Source of the DNA: Eubacteriales bacterium
Lineage (GTDB): Bacteria; Bacillota; Clostridia; Oscillospirales; CAG-382
Assembly: GCA_045596755.1 (NCBI GenBank)
Contig: JAZOCZ010000122.1
Span: 1-49,631, forward strand
DNA length: 49,631 bases
Reading direction: 5' to 3'
In this document: positions 9,632 through 18,473 of the stretch, piece by piece
How positions within the stretch are numbered: position 1 is the first letter of the stretch
Layout: the number at the start of each line of letters is the position of its first letter
Position numbers and translations under genes: made by a program
Notes under the pieces: generated by a model
Database searches by the model: none
Told to the model about the DNA's origin: nothing
The model's input: the letters and a program-made list of their open reading frames with translations, nothing else

Positions 9632-10042
9632 TCAAAGGCGATAAATCACAGGAAGGATATTTCTGCAAAGCACATAGAGTGCTGTGATGATACATCCCGC
9701 AAAAAGAAGTTTCAAATTGCAAAGGCGAGAAAGAACCTCTCCCGCCTTTTTATTTCCGAAAAGCCACGCCACGTTCAGAAGAACAAGAGAGAAAGCCAAC
9801 AAAACCAACGCCACAGGCACGAAAGCGTTGTACGAAAACGCTTCCAAAATACGTCCCTGCGACAATGCGTTCACACATCTTGTGCCACCGCAGGTAAGAC
9901 ATTTTATGCCGTAGATTTCATAGAACCTGCACCCGCCAAGACCGTCAATCATAAGTTGTGAAAGCCATTTCGAAAAGACACACAATCCGAAAAAAACGGT
10001 ATCAATAGCCAGAACAAGAATTTTCTTTTTGTTTCGGAACAT
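9632..10042 (-). CDS. DUF2752-family membrane protein
   Basis: The CLTCGGTRC motif (CPxCGxTR-like) followed by TM helices is characteristic of DUF2752. Confidence 0.65.
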   Translation of the reverse strand: MFRNKKKILVLAIDTVFFGLCVFSKWLSQLMIDGLGGCRFYEIYGIKCLTCGGTRCVNALSQGRILEAFSYNAFVPVALVLLAFSLVLLNVAWLFGNKKAGEVLSRLCNLKLLFAGCIITALYVLCRNILPVIYRL

Positions 10043-10047
10043 CTCAA

Positions 10048-10728
10048 TTACATACTGACCGCAAATTCGTTATAAAAGCTTCCGTATTCCTCTAAAAATT
10101 CAACGCCGAAAACACTAACCACAACAATGGCGAATGCAAAAAGCAAAATCCAGATAACAGCATGAACGATGGAAATTATCATACCTGCCGTTGCAAGTCC
10201 GTTTGGGAATCCTGCTTTTTTGGATTGAACACGTCCAACTATAGAAAGCACCATTCCTACAATGATAAGAAAGAATGCAACAAAAGGATGAATACAGCAA
10301 CTAAAGAAGGAACAAAGGCTAAGAACAAATCCCGCGATACCGAGCCCCTTGCCGGGATTTTCCGCGACCGGCTGCTGAACAAAGGGGTGTCCCGTAAACT
10401 GAACGTTAAAATTAGGATTAAAATTCGGATTTGCGTTTAAGTTTGGATTTTGAGGGTTAAAGTTTGGATTTTGACCGTTAGCGTTTTGATTTTGCCATCT
10501 CAAATTCGGGTTATCAGCATTAGAAGCGGTATTTTGATTTTGCCATCTTAAATTTGGATTTTGAGCATATGTATTTGGCAATTCGGTTGTTTTTTGAGAT
10601 TCACTTTGTTGCTCGTTTTCCACGGTTTTCGTCACGTTTTCTGCAGTTTCATTTTGAGGAGCTACGCTATCCTCTACTTTTGTTGGTTGTTCATTCAAAT
10701 CATTTTCTCTTTCGGGATACTTATTCAT
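10048..10728 (-). CDS. N/Q-rich protein with a DUF4190-like C-terminal membrane domain
   Basis: Duplicated NPNLRWQNQN and NPNFNP repeats in the N-terminal half. The C-terminal half has TM helices (GIAGFVLSLCSFFSCC...IVGMVLSIVG). Confidence 0.55.
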   Translation of the reverse strand: MNKYPERENDLNEQPTKVEDSVAPQNETAENVTKTVENEQQSESQKTTELPNTYAQNPNLRWQNQNTASNADNPNLRWQNQNANGQNPNFNPQNPNLNANPNFNPNFNVQFTGHPFVQQPVAENPGKGLGIAGFVLSLCSFFSCCIHPFVAFFLIIVGMVLSIVGRVQSKKAGFPNGLATAGMIISIVHAVIWILLFAFAIVVVSVFGVEFLEEYGSFYNEFAVSM

Positions 10729-10746
10729 TGTGTTTCCTCCATAGTT

Positions 10747-11877
10747 TTATATTTTCAATAATTTTTTCGTTATTTCTTCAAGTTTACTTGCCAAAACGAG
10801 AATTTCTTCTTCTGTGTTAAAATATGAAATCCCCACTCTCAACGCGGATTCTGACAACTCCTTTGAAAGTCCGAAGGCGGAAAGAATTTTATTTTCCTTC
10901 GCTCTCGCAGAGCAGGCAGATGATGCTGAAACGTATATTTCTTCAGCAGACAGGGCGTTTATAACAGTTTCGCTTTTGATTCCCGGAATGGAAAAATTCA
11001 AAACGGTACATACAGAAACATCAGGCGTATTTATAACAACCTTTTCGCAAAGAGTTTCCAAAAGTTTTTCCGAGAGAAGTTTTTTCAATGACAAAATATG
11101 GGCATTTCTCTCTTTTTTCGATTCATTCCAAGCGGAAACAGCGGCTGAAAACGCCATAATACCAGACATATTCTCCGTTCCCGAACGGAATCCCTTTTCC
11201 TGTCCGCCGCCTCTTATGAAGGGTTCGAGTTTTATATCTTTTTTGAGGAAAATCCCTCCGCAGCCCTTTAATCCACCAATTTTATGAGCGGAAAAGGATG
11301 ATGCATCACAATATTTCGTGAAATTGACGTTTGTTTTCATAAAACTCTGGACGCAATCGGAATGGAAGTACGCTCCGCTCTCACTTTCGTCAATAGCTTC
11401 CCTTATTTTCGCAATATCGTATAAAGCACCCGTTTCGTTGTTGGCATGCATTATAGTTACGAGAGAGGTTTTCTTTGCCAACGCCTCCCGCAATTCGTCC
11501 ATATTTATAACCCCACCCTTAGTTGAAAGCCTTATAACCTCGAAGCCTTCTCTTTCAAGGAGAGAAACAGGTTCTTCCACGGATGGATGCTCCGAATCCG
11601 TCGTAATTACCCTTTTTGCTCTTTTGGAATTTTTTCTCGCAAGTCCGAGAATGAGGGTGTTATTGCTCTCGCTTCCCCCGGATGTAAAAAACAACTCCGA
11701 TTCACTGCATTTAAGGACGGAAGATATATTTTTTCTTGCTTCTGAAAGCATCAGATTTGCTTTCGTTCCCAAGGCATGAGGAGAGGAAGGGTTGCCGAAA
11801 TATTCCATCGCCGAAATTGCCGCATCAACGGCTTTTTTATCAGGTTTTGTCGTAGATGAATTGTCAAGATAAATCAT
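10747..11877 (-). CDS. Cysteine desulfurase, NifS/IscS family (class V aminotransferase)
   Basis: MIYLDNSSTT start, PLP-lysine context SFSAHKIGGLKG and catalytic-loop SASSACS. Confidence 0.85.
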   Translation of the reverse strand: MIYLDNSSTTKPDKKAVDAAISAMEYFGNPSSPHALGTKANLMLSEARKNISSVLKCSESELFFTSGGSESNNTLILGLARKNSKRAKRVITTDSEHPSVEEPVSLLEREGFEVIRLSTKGGVINMDELREALAKKTSLVTIMHANNETGALYDIAKIREAIDESESGAYFHSDCVQSFMKTNVNFTKYCDASSFSAHKIGGLKGCGGIFLKKDIKLEPFIRGGGQEKGFRSGTENMSGIMAFSAAVSAWNESKKERNAHILSLKKLLSEKLLETLCEKVVINTPDVSVCTVLNFSIPGIKSETVINALSAEEIYVSASSACSARAKENKILSAFGLSKELSESALRVGISYFNTEEEILVLASKLEEITKKLLKI

Positions 11878-12002
11878 ACTTACACCTTATTTGAGGATTA
11901 CTAATTCTTTGTGCAGTCTTATTATACTACAAATTTTAATAAAAGTCAATTTTAAGAGGAGAAATTTATATAAAATTGTTACAACATTTTTCTCATATGC
12001 TA

Positions 12003-12031
12003 TTTACTTTTTCGTGATTTTGGTGTATAAT
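12003..12031 (+). promoter_or_regulatory. Possible sigma-A promoter for rny
   Basis: TTTACT, a 17-nt spacer, then TATAAT (12026-12031). The -35 is weak. Confidence 0.35.
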
Positions 12032-12110
12032 ACGATTAGTTTGGATTATAGGGTGTTTTTCCGTTTATGCTCCCCGTGGTTCAGACAATTACATATATCA
12101 GGAGGTACAA

Positions 12111-13652
12111 ATGGAATTTGCAATTGGCGCCATTTGCGCAGTTGTTGGCTTAGGTCTCGGCTTTTTTGCAGGTTTGTTATACCGCAAATCCATTGCGGAA
12201 AAAGCAATCGGTTCTGCTGAAAAAGAAGCTGAAAGAATAGTCGAACAAGCTAAAAAGGACGGAGAATCCAAAAAGAAGGAGCTTTTGCTTGAAGCAAAAG
12301 AGGAAACCTTAAAAATTAAAAACGAACATGAGCGTGAGAACAAGGAAGCAAGAGCTGAAATCGCAAGAATGGAAAAAAGAGCGATTCAGAAGGAAGAATC
12401 CCTTGACAAAAAACTCGATGCCGTAGCAAAAAAAGAAGAAATTCTTGCTGAAAAATTGAAGGCTAACGAAGCCAAAATTGAAGAAATCGAAAAACTCAAA
12501 GCACAAGAACTTGAGGAACTTCAAAGAATATCAGGCATGACCACCGAGGAAGCAAAAGAACTTATCGTTTCCAAGGTTGAAGACGAGGCAAAAATCATTG
12601 CCGCAAAACGTTTGGTAGCAATAGAAGCAGACCTTAAAGAAACAGCCGAAGAAAAGGCTCAGGAAATTATCGTAACGGCAATGCAGAGAATCGCTTCTGA
12701 CAGCGTTGCTGAAAAAACCGTTTCAGTTGTTGACCTTCCCAACGATGAAATGAAGGGAAGAATCATAGGCAGAGAAGGAAGAAATATCAGAACTATCGAA
12801 ACGTTGGCGGGGGTTGACCTTATTATTGACGACACATCTGATGCCATCACAATTTCAACCTTCGACCCCACGAGACGTGAAATTGCAAGACTAACCCTTG
12901 AAGCTCTCGTTGCAGACGGAAGAATTCATCCTTCCCGCATTGAAGAAATGCTTGAAAAGAGCCGCAAGGAAGTTGAAGCGACAATCAAAAAAGAGGGCGA
13001 ACAAGCTACCTACGAAACAGGCGTCCACGGCGTTAACATGGAGCTTATCAAAACCCTTGGTAAACTTAAATACCGTACAAGTTATGGTCAGAACGTTCTC
13101 AGACATTCAATCGAAGTTGCTCATCTTTCTGGCATGATCGCAAAAGAGTTGGGCGTCGATGCTTACATAGCAAAACGTGCAGGGCTTCTCCACGATATCG
13201 GTAAAGCAACGAGTCAGGAAGCAGGCGGTTCACACGTTCAGATCGGTGTTGAACTTGCAAAGAAATACAAAGAAAGCAAAGAAGTTGTCCACGCTATCGA
13301 AGCACATCACGGCGACGTGGAAGCAAAGAGCGTTTATGCCGTTATCGTTCAGGTTGCAGACGCTATTTCCGCAGCCCGTCCAGGTGCCAGACGTGACAAC
13401 CTTGAAAATTACATTCGCAGATTGCAAAGACTTGAAGAAATTGCAACGGGATTCGAAGGAATCGAAAAAGCGTTTGCAATTCAGGCAGGCAGAGAAATTC
13501 GTGTTCTTGTTAACCCTGAAATGATAAGCGATGCAGATATGATTCTCAAAGCAAGAGATATCGCAACAAAGATTGAGGAAGAACTCGAATATCCAGGTCA
13601 GGTCAAGATAAACATGATAAGAGAAACGAGAGTTTTTGATTATGCCAAGTAA
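12111..13652 (+). CDS. rny: Ribonuclease Y
   Basis: N-terminal TM helix, long coiled-coil region, KH domain ([15 protein letters not shown]) and HD domain (LLHDIGKA...HH). Confidence 0.95.
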   Translation: MEFAIGAICAVVGLGLGFFAGLLYRKSIAEKAIGSAEKEAERIVEQAKKDGESKKKELLLEAKEETLKIKNEHERENKEARAEIARMEKRAIQKEESLDKKLDAVAKKEEILAEKLKANEAKIEEIEKLKAQELEELQRISGMTTEEAKELIVSKVEDEAKIIAAKRLVAIEADLKETAEEKAQEIIVTAMQRIASDSVAEKTVSVVDLPNDEMKGRIIGREGRNIRTIETLAGVDLIIDDTSDAITISTFDPTRREIARLTLEALVADGRIHPSRIEEMLEKSRKEVEATIKKEGEQATYETGVHGVNMELIKTLGKLKYRTSYGQNVLRHSIEVAHLSGMIAKELGVDAYIAKRAGLLHDIGKATSQEAGGSHVQIGVELAKKYKESKEVVHAIEAHHGDVEAKSVYAVIVQVADAISAARPGARRDNLENYIRRLQRLEEIATGFEGIEKAFAIQAGREIRVLVNPEMISDADMILKARDIATKIEEELEYPGQVKINMIRETRVFDYAK

Positions 13653-14433
13653 TTCCTTGGTTATACTGACATTGGGTGACGTAACAGGTCTCAAGGCGTT
13701 GGATTTTGTTTGTTCGAAACTTCGTAAGTTAAAACTTTTATACGGTGCGGACGTGGTTATAGTCAACGGTGAGAACGCCTCAAAAAGCGGCGGTCTCGAC
13801 GGTGAAGATGCAAAAAAACTTATCAGCGCAGGAGCAGACGTTGTAACGGGCGGAAACCATACCTTGCGTGGCAGACGAATCAGTGAGGCTATGGAGGACA
13901 ACCCCGAAATAATCCGTCCTATGAATTACCCCGAATCTTGCGCAGGTAAAGGACATGTTGTAATTACCGTAGGAAACGGTATAAAACTCATGGTTGTAAA
14001 CGTGGCAGGTCAGGTTTATATGGAGCCTGCAGATTCCCCGTTCAGCTGTGTAAACAAGGTGTTGAACAGCGAAAAATTCGACGTTTGCGTCGCTGATTTT
14101 CACGGTGAAGCCACAAGCGAGAAAGCGGCATTCGCAAGATATTTCGACGGACGTATAAACTTCACCTTCGGAACTCATACCCACGTTCAGACAGCTGATG
14201 AAACCTATCTTCCAAAAGGAAGCGGATTTATAACTGACATTGGGATGTGCGGACCTGTCAATTCCATTTTGGGAACTGACCCCGACGTTATAATCAACCG
14301 AATGGTTAAAAGGGATATGGCACCTTTTACAAAAGCTGAAGGAGATATAAAAATCTGCGGTGCTTGTGTAACGATAAATCTTAACACGGGATACGTTACC
14401 GATATTAAACGAATTCAGTATATGGAAAATTGA
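13636..14433 (+). CDS. ymdB: YmdB-family metallophosphoesterase (TIGR00282)
   Basis: LGDVTG...[11 protein letters not shown]...GNH...[10 protein letters not shown]...[10 protein letters not shown] motifs and the conserved rny-ymdB synteny. The start is uncertain: ATG 13636 overlaps rny by 17 nt, and TTG 13657 is an alternative. Confidence 0.9.
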   Translation: MIMPSNSLVILTLGDVTGLKALDFVCSKLRKLKLLYGADVVIVNGENASKSGGLDGEDAKKLISAGADVVTGGNHTLRGRRISEAMEDNPEIIRPMNYPESCAGKGHVVITVGNGIKLMVVNVAGQVYMEPADSPFSCVNKVLNSEKFDVCVADFHGEATSEKAAFARYFDGRINFTFGTHTHVQTADETYLPKGSGFITDIGMCGPVNSILGTDPDVIINRMVKRDMAPFTKAEGDIKICGACVTINLNTGYVTDIKRIQYMEN

Positions 14434-14583
14434 AGGGATAACCTTCAAGAATCGAAGGCACCCTTTCGTAAGTATGATTTTTTCAAACGTAAACGGTATT
14501 ATCTTTTTTCAAATGAAAGGATTCTCTTTAACCAAACGAAAGATTCACCTTCGAATCAAAAATAATTACAAGAGGTTTTTGAA

Positions 14584-15015
14584 ATGAACAAAACTTTTAA
14601 AAGAATAATAACTGCGATTTTTTCAGTTATTTCACTTGCTGCTTGCTCACTTACGGCTTTCGCTGAGGATGCTGCAGGTGGATCTAACACAACAGGCGGC
14701 AATCAGACCCCCACAGGTTCTGGCATGACTTCTCTCATTATAATGACTGCCGTATTCATCGGCGTAGGCTACTTCTTCATTATTCGACCCGAGAAAAAGC
14801 GTAAAAAGGAAGCACAGGAGCTTCGCGACAACCTCAAACCAGGCAACAGAATAACAACAATTGGCGGTATCGTTGGAACGGTTGAAAAGGTTACGGATGA
14901 TGAAATCTTCCTTACAAACGGTCTCGTTCTCAAACGTTGGGCACTTCGCACCATCGATGAATCACCCGCCGAAAATGCTGTTACCTACTACGAAGACGAA
15001 GAATCCGAAGAATAA
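14584..15015 (+). CDS. yajC: Preprotein translocase subunit YajC with an N-terminal extension
   Basis: YajC core: FFIIRPEKKRKKEAQELRDNLKPGNRITTIGGIVGTVEKV. An extra signal-peptide-like segment and a G/T/N linker precede it. Confidence 0.8.
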   Translation: MNKTFKRIITAIFSVISLAACSLTAFAEDAAGGSNTTGGNQTPTGSGMTSLIIMTAVFIGVGYFFIIRPEKKRKKEAQELRDNLKPGNRITTIGGIVGTVEKVTDDEIFLTNGLVLKRWALRTIDESPAENAVTYYEDEESEE

Positions 15016-15020
15016 TTTTT

Positions 15021-15087
15021 GGGGGATTTTGAAAAATCCCCCTTAAACTTTTCTTGGGGTATTTTTGAAAAAATACCCCAAACCCCA
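15021..15087 (+). terminator. Two tandem G4...C4 palindromic hairpins downstream of yajC
   Basis: GGGGGATTTTGAAAAATCCCCC (15021-15042) and GGGGTATTTTTGAAAAAATACCCC (15056-15079), followed by AAACCCC. The second is related to 16289-16327 on the opposite strand. Confidence 0.5.
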
Positions 15088-15104
15088 AAAACTTTAATTG
15101 CTAT

Positions 15105-15263
15105 CGCCCCGAAAGGTTGAGATACACCTCAAGGGCGGTTTTTCTTTGCTAAAAAGGTGAATTACTTGTAGCGATAACTCACCAAACGAAAAAAGTGCGA
15201 CAAAAGAGCAGAAAACTGTTCCCCAAAAAAACGCCCCCCAAAGGGCATTTACCTTTCGGGGTG
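15105..15263. other. Candidate structured RNA or repeat cluster closed by a 13-bp helix
   Basis: CGCCCCGAAAGGT (15105-15117) pairs with ACCTTTCGGGGTG (15251-15263). The region lies between convergent gene ends and has no credible ORF. Strand and identity are unknown. Confidence 0.2.
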
Positions 15264-15325
15264 TCGTTTTATACATGAATTCAATTTAATTATTTATAGA
15301 TTTGAATAGACATTCCACACATCCA

Positions 15326-15844
15326 TCAAGCTTTCCATTTGATTTTTTTAGCTGGAACTTTTCGGTATAACAAATCCTTGAAAACCCATAGCTTTTCGGG
15401 TGGGAAATCAGAAACGTCAACAACGAACGCTTGACGTCTGTTGACAAAAAGGTATACGTCAGTTTTTTGATTTTCAACTTTTTTTATTGTAAAATAGTCG
15501 CTCGTTGAGGAATTTGTTCCGTTTTTAAGTTGAGATTCTACCGTATAATTATCCTCATTGAACGTAAATTTTACAGCGGCATTATAAGTCAGCGATTTTT
15601 CCAAGCCTACGCGAGGTAGTATTATTTCAATTAAAAGCCACAGAAAATCAATAACGCCAAAAATTGCAAGTCCAACTATATCTTCTGTCGCAAAGGAATC
15701 GAAAAAGAACGTTCCCAAACAACTTACGATAACAACTATATTGCATACCAAAAGCACTATCCATCCGTTACCGTTCTTTGCTATATGGTTGCTTAAACCA
15801 AGAATCCTTTCTTTTGTGTAAACTGTTCTTGCTTCTATTGGCAT
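15326..15844 (-). CDS. YcxB-like membrane protein
   Basis: Two central TM helices followed by a soluble C-terminal domain, which is the YcxB family architecture. Confidence 0.55.
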   Translation of the reverse strand: MPIEARTVYTKERILGLSNHIAKNGNGWIVLLVCNIVVIVSCLGTFFFDSFATEDIVGLAIFGVIDFLWLLIEIILPRVGLEKSLTYNAAVKFTFNEDNYTVESQLKNGTNSSTSDYFTIKKVENQKTDVYLFVNRRQAFVVDVSDFPPEKLWVFKDLLYRKVPAKKIKWKA

Positions 15845-16177
15845 TTCAACACCTCATTTTAATTAGTTTAATTATATACACAAACAATATACCACCTTTT
15901 TTCTTTGGTGTCAATAGTTTAGCGGAAACTATTTGAACGCAGTCCTCACTCTGAAATTTTATTTATTCTATGAAAAATGATATTACTTAAGATGAATTCC
16001 GCTCTGCAATAAAGCAATTCACGGCCATGCGCATGACATAACTGTAGCTTTATGTGAAGTTTGATAAATCGATGTCTGTTTTTGAGGATTATTGAATAGA
16101 GTTTTCCTACCTTGATGACTTTAAGTGTTGATGTGTTAAATGGATAGAATACTACGCTAAAACTATTTGTCCTAAAG

Positions 16178-16220
16178 TAAAAGTTCCCGATGGTTGTGTA
16201 ATAGCCATCGGGAACTTTTA
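16178..16220. terminator. Perfect 16-bp hairpin, a likely bidirectional terminator
   Basis: TAAAAGTTCCCGATGG-N11-CCATCGGGAACTTTTA. There are T runs after the stem on both strands. Confidence 0.6.
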
Positions 16221-16288
16221 CTATTGAATATAAATAATATTTCGTGTGTTGTTTTACCCCTTTAACGCGTCAGCAATTAAAAGTTTTT

Positions 16289-16327
16289 AGGGGTTTGGGG
16301 TGCTTTTTTCAAAAAGCACCCCAATAA
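16289..16327 (-). repeat. G4...C4 palindromic hairpin element downstream of tpiA
   Basis: The minus strand reads TTATTGGGGTGCTTTTTGAAAAAAGCACCCCAAACCCCT. Its flanks and stem design match 15051-15087. Confidence 0.5.
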
Positions 16328-16386
16328 TAACCAAATATATGCTTTCTCTTTTGATTCTTTTCTCTTTCACGGAAAGAGAAAAGAAT

Positions 16387-17169
16387 TTATTGAGCAGCTG
16401 CTTCGATGATTTTTACAAAGTCGGGAGCTTTGAGGGATGCACCACCGATAAGACCGCCGTCAACGTTCTTCTTGGAAAGAAGCTCTGCAGCGTTAGTAGC
16501 GTTCATAGAACCGCCGTACTGAATAGTTGTTGCTTCTGCAACGTCTGCACCGTAGAGTTTTGCGAGAACGCCTCTGATGATAGCGCAAACTTCTTCTGCC
16601 TGATCAGCAGTTGCAGTTTTGCCTGTACCGATAGCCCAAACGGGTTCGTATGCAATGATGATGTTTTTCATTTCTTCTGCAGGAATGCCGAGAAGGTCAA
16701 CCTTTGTCTGCATGGAAACGATTTCTTCTGTGATGCCCTGTTCTCTCTGTTCGAGAACTTCGCCAACACAAAGGATAACTTTGAGTCCGTTTGCGAGAGC
16801 AGCCTTAACTCTTGCGTTTACTGTGTTGTCAGTTTCACCGAAATACTGTCTTCTTTCGCTGTGACCGATGATAACGTATTCAACGCCTGCTTCTTTGAGC
16901 ATTGCACCAGAGATTTCGCCTGTGAATGCACCTTTTTCTGCCCAGTGAATATTCTGTGCGGAAATTTTTATGTTGCTTCCTTCTGCAGCTGCTTTAGCGG
17001 CAGCGATAGATGTGAAGGGAACACCTGCGATAATTTCACAGTAGGATGTATCTTTTCCTGCAAGTTCTGCTTTGATAGCGTTGATAAGTGCCGTTGCATC
17101 AGCGGCTGTGTTGTTCATTTTCCAGTTACCGGCGATAACTGCTCTGCGAGTTGCTTTATTCATTGTCAA
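16387..17169 (-). CDS. tpiA: Triosephosphate isomerase
   Basis: AGNWKMN, IIGHSERR and AYEPVWAIGTG motifs. Confidence 0.97.
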   Translation of the reverse strand: MTMNKATRRAVIAGNWKMNNTAADATALINAIKAELAGKDTSYCEIIAGVPFTSIAAAKAAAEGSNIKISAQNIHWAEKGAFTGEISGAMLKEAGVEYVIIGHSERRQYFGETDNTVNARVKAALANGLKVILCVGEVLEQREQGITEEIVSMQTKVDLLGIPAEEMKNIIIAYEPVWAIGTGKTATADQAEEVCAIIRGVLAKLYGADVAEATTIQYGGSMNATNAAELLSKKNVDGGLIGGASLKAPDFVKIIEAAAQ

Positions 17170-17195
17170 TTCGTCCTTTCGTTGTTGGGTGTTGA

Positions 17196-18404
17196 TTATT
17201 TGTCGGTCATTGCTTCGATACCGGGAAGTGCTTTACCTTCGAGGAATTCAAGGGAAGCACCGCCGCCTGTGGAAATGTGGCTCATCTTATCGCCAAATCC
17301 GAGGATGTTAACTGCTGCTGCACTGTCGCCGCCGCCGATAATTGTTGTTGCATCGGTTTCTGCAAGTGCTTTAGCAACTGCTATTGTACCTTTAGCAAGG
17401 ATTGGGTTTTCAAATACGCCCATAGGACCGTTCCAAACAACAGTTTTAGCGTTCTTAACCTCTGCTGCAAAGAGTTCACGAGTCTTTTCACCAATGTCAA
17501 GGCTCTGCATATCAGCAGGGATAGCATCAGCAGGAACGATAGTTGTTTCGATTTCTGCATCAATGGGGTTGGGGAAGTCTTTGGTAATTGTGCAGTCAAC
17601 GGGAAGAAGAATCTTAACGCCTTTTTCTTCAGCTTTCTTAAGCATCTGTGCGCAATAGTCGATCTTTTCGTCATCAACGAGGGAAGTACCGATTTCATAG
17701 CCCTTAGCCTTAAGGAAGGTATATGCCATACCGCCACCGATAATAAGGGTATCAGCTTTGTTGAGAAGGTTTTCGATAACTGCCAACTTGTCTGCAACTT
17801 TTGCACCGCCGAGGATGGTAACAAAAGGTCTTACAGGGTTGTTTACAGCATCGCCAAGGAACTTGATTTCTTTAGCCATGAGATATCCGTTAGCGGATTC
17901 TTCAACGAAGGAAGCAACGCCTACGGTTGAGCAGTGTGCTCTGTGTGCGGCACCGAATGCATCGTTTACAAAAATATCTGCAAGAGAAGCCAATTCTTTG
18001 GAGAATGCTTCACCGTTCTTGGTTTCTTCTGCACGGTAACGAGTGTTCTGAAGAAGAACTATGTCGCCATCTTTCATTTCAGCAACAGCCTTCTTTGCGT
18101 TTTCGCCAACAACTTCGTCGTCAGCAGCGAAAACAACTTCCTTACCAAACTTTTCACTAAGTCTTACTGCTACGGGAGCAAGAGAGTATTTGGGGTCAGC
18201 AACGCCCTTGGGCTTACCCAAATGGGAACAAAGGATAACCTTTGCGTTGTTGTCAAGAAGATACTTGATTGTTGGAAGAGCAGCAACTATACGGTTTTCG
18301 TCTGTGATAACTCCATCCTTAAGGGGAACGTTAAAGTCACATCTTACGAGAACTCTTTTGCCTGATACATTGATATCCTCAATGCTTTTTTTGTTCATGT
18401 TCAT
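17196..18404 (-). CDS. pgk: Phosphoglycerate kinase
   Basis: [15 protein letters not shown] and GGGDS motifs with the full-length architecture. It lies immediately upstream of tpiA. Confidence 0.97.
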   Translation of the reverse strand: MNMNKKSIEDINVSGKRVLVRCDFNVPLKDGVITDENRIVAALPTIKYLLDNNAKVILCSHLGKPKGVADPKYSLAPVAVRLSEKFGKEVVFAADDEVVGENAKKAVAEMKDGDIVLLQNTRYRAEETKNGEAFSKELASLADIFVNDAFGAAHRAHCSTVGVASFVEESANGYLMAKEIKFLGDAVNNPVRPFVTILGGAKVADKLAVIENLLNKADTLIIGGGMAYTFLKAKGYEIGTSLVDDEKIDYCAQMLKKAEEKGVKILLPVDCTITKDFPNPIDAEIETTIVPADAIPADMQSLDIGEKTRELFAAEVKNAKTVVWNGPMGVFENPILAKGTIAVAKALAETDATTIIGGGDSAAAVNILGFGDKMSHISTGGGASLEFLEGKALPGIEAMTDK

Positions 18405-18473
18405 GGGATTAAACCTCCTAAAAAAATTTCAATTTAATTTATATCTACGCCTTCGGGCGAAAATACCACTTTA

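Noticed and set aside
10814-11779. 157-aa and 153-aa plus-strand ORFs
   Set aside because: They are antisense to the NifS-like desulfurase gene and show no motifs.
13230-14448. 223-aa and 222-aa minus-strand ORFs
   Set aside because: They are antisense to rny and ymdB, whose identities are certain, so they are shadow ORFs.
15105-15263. Naming the structured region as SRP RNA, tmRNA, 6S RNA or RNase P RNA
   Set aside because: None of the hallmark motifs I know is visible (SRP domain IV GGAA/AGCA loops, the tmRNA tRNA-like ends and tag ORF, RNase P conserved regions). 6S RNA cannot be judged by eye, so the region is left unnamed.
15094-15276. 60-aa minus-strand ORF
   Set aside because: It has no RBS, spans hairpin and repeat sequence, and has an odd composition. 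The region is treated as non-coding (see the candidate RNA finding).
16300-17658. 452-aa plus-strand ORF, Cys/Phe/Ser-rich
   Set aside because: It lies entirely antisense to the unambiguous tpiA and pgk genes. Its composition is low-complexity and no RBS is present, so it is a shadow ORF of highly expressed genes.
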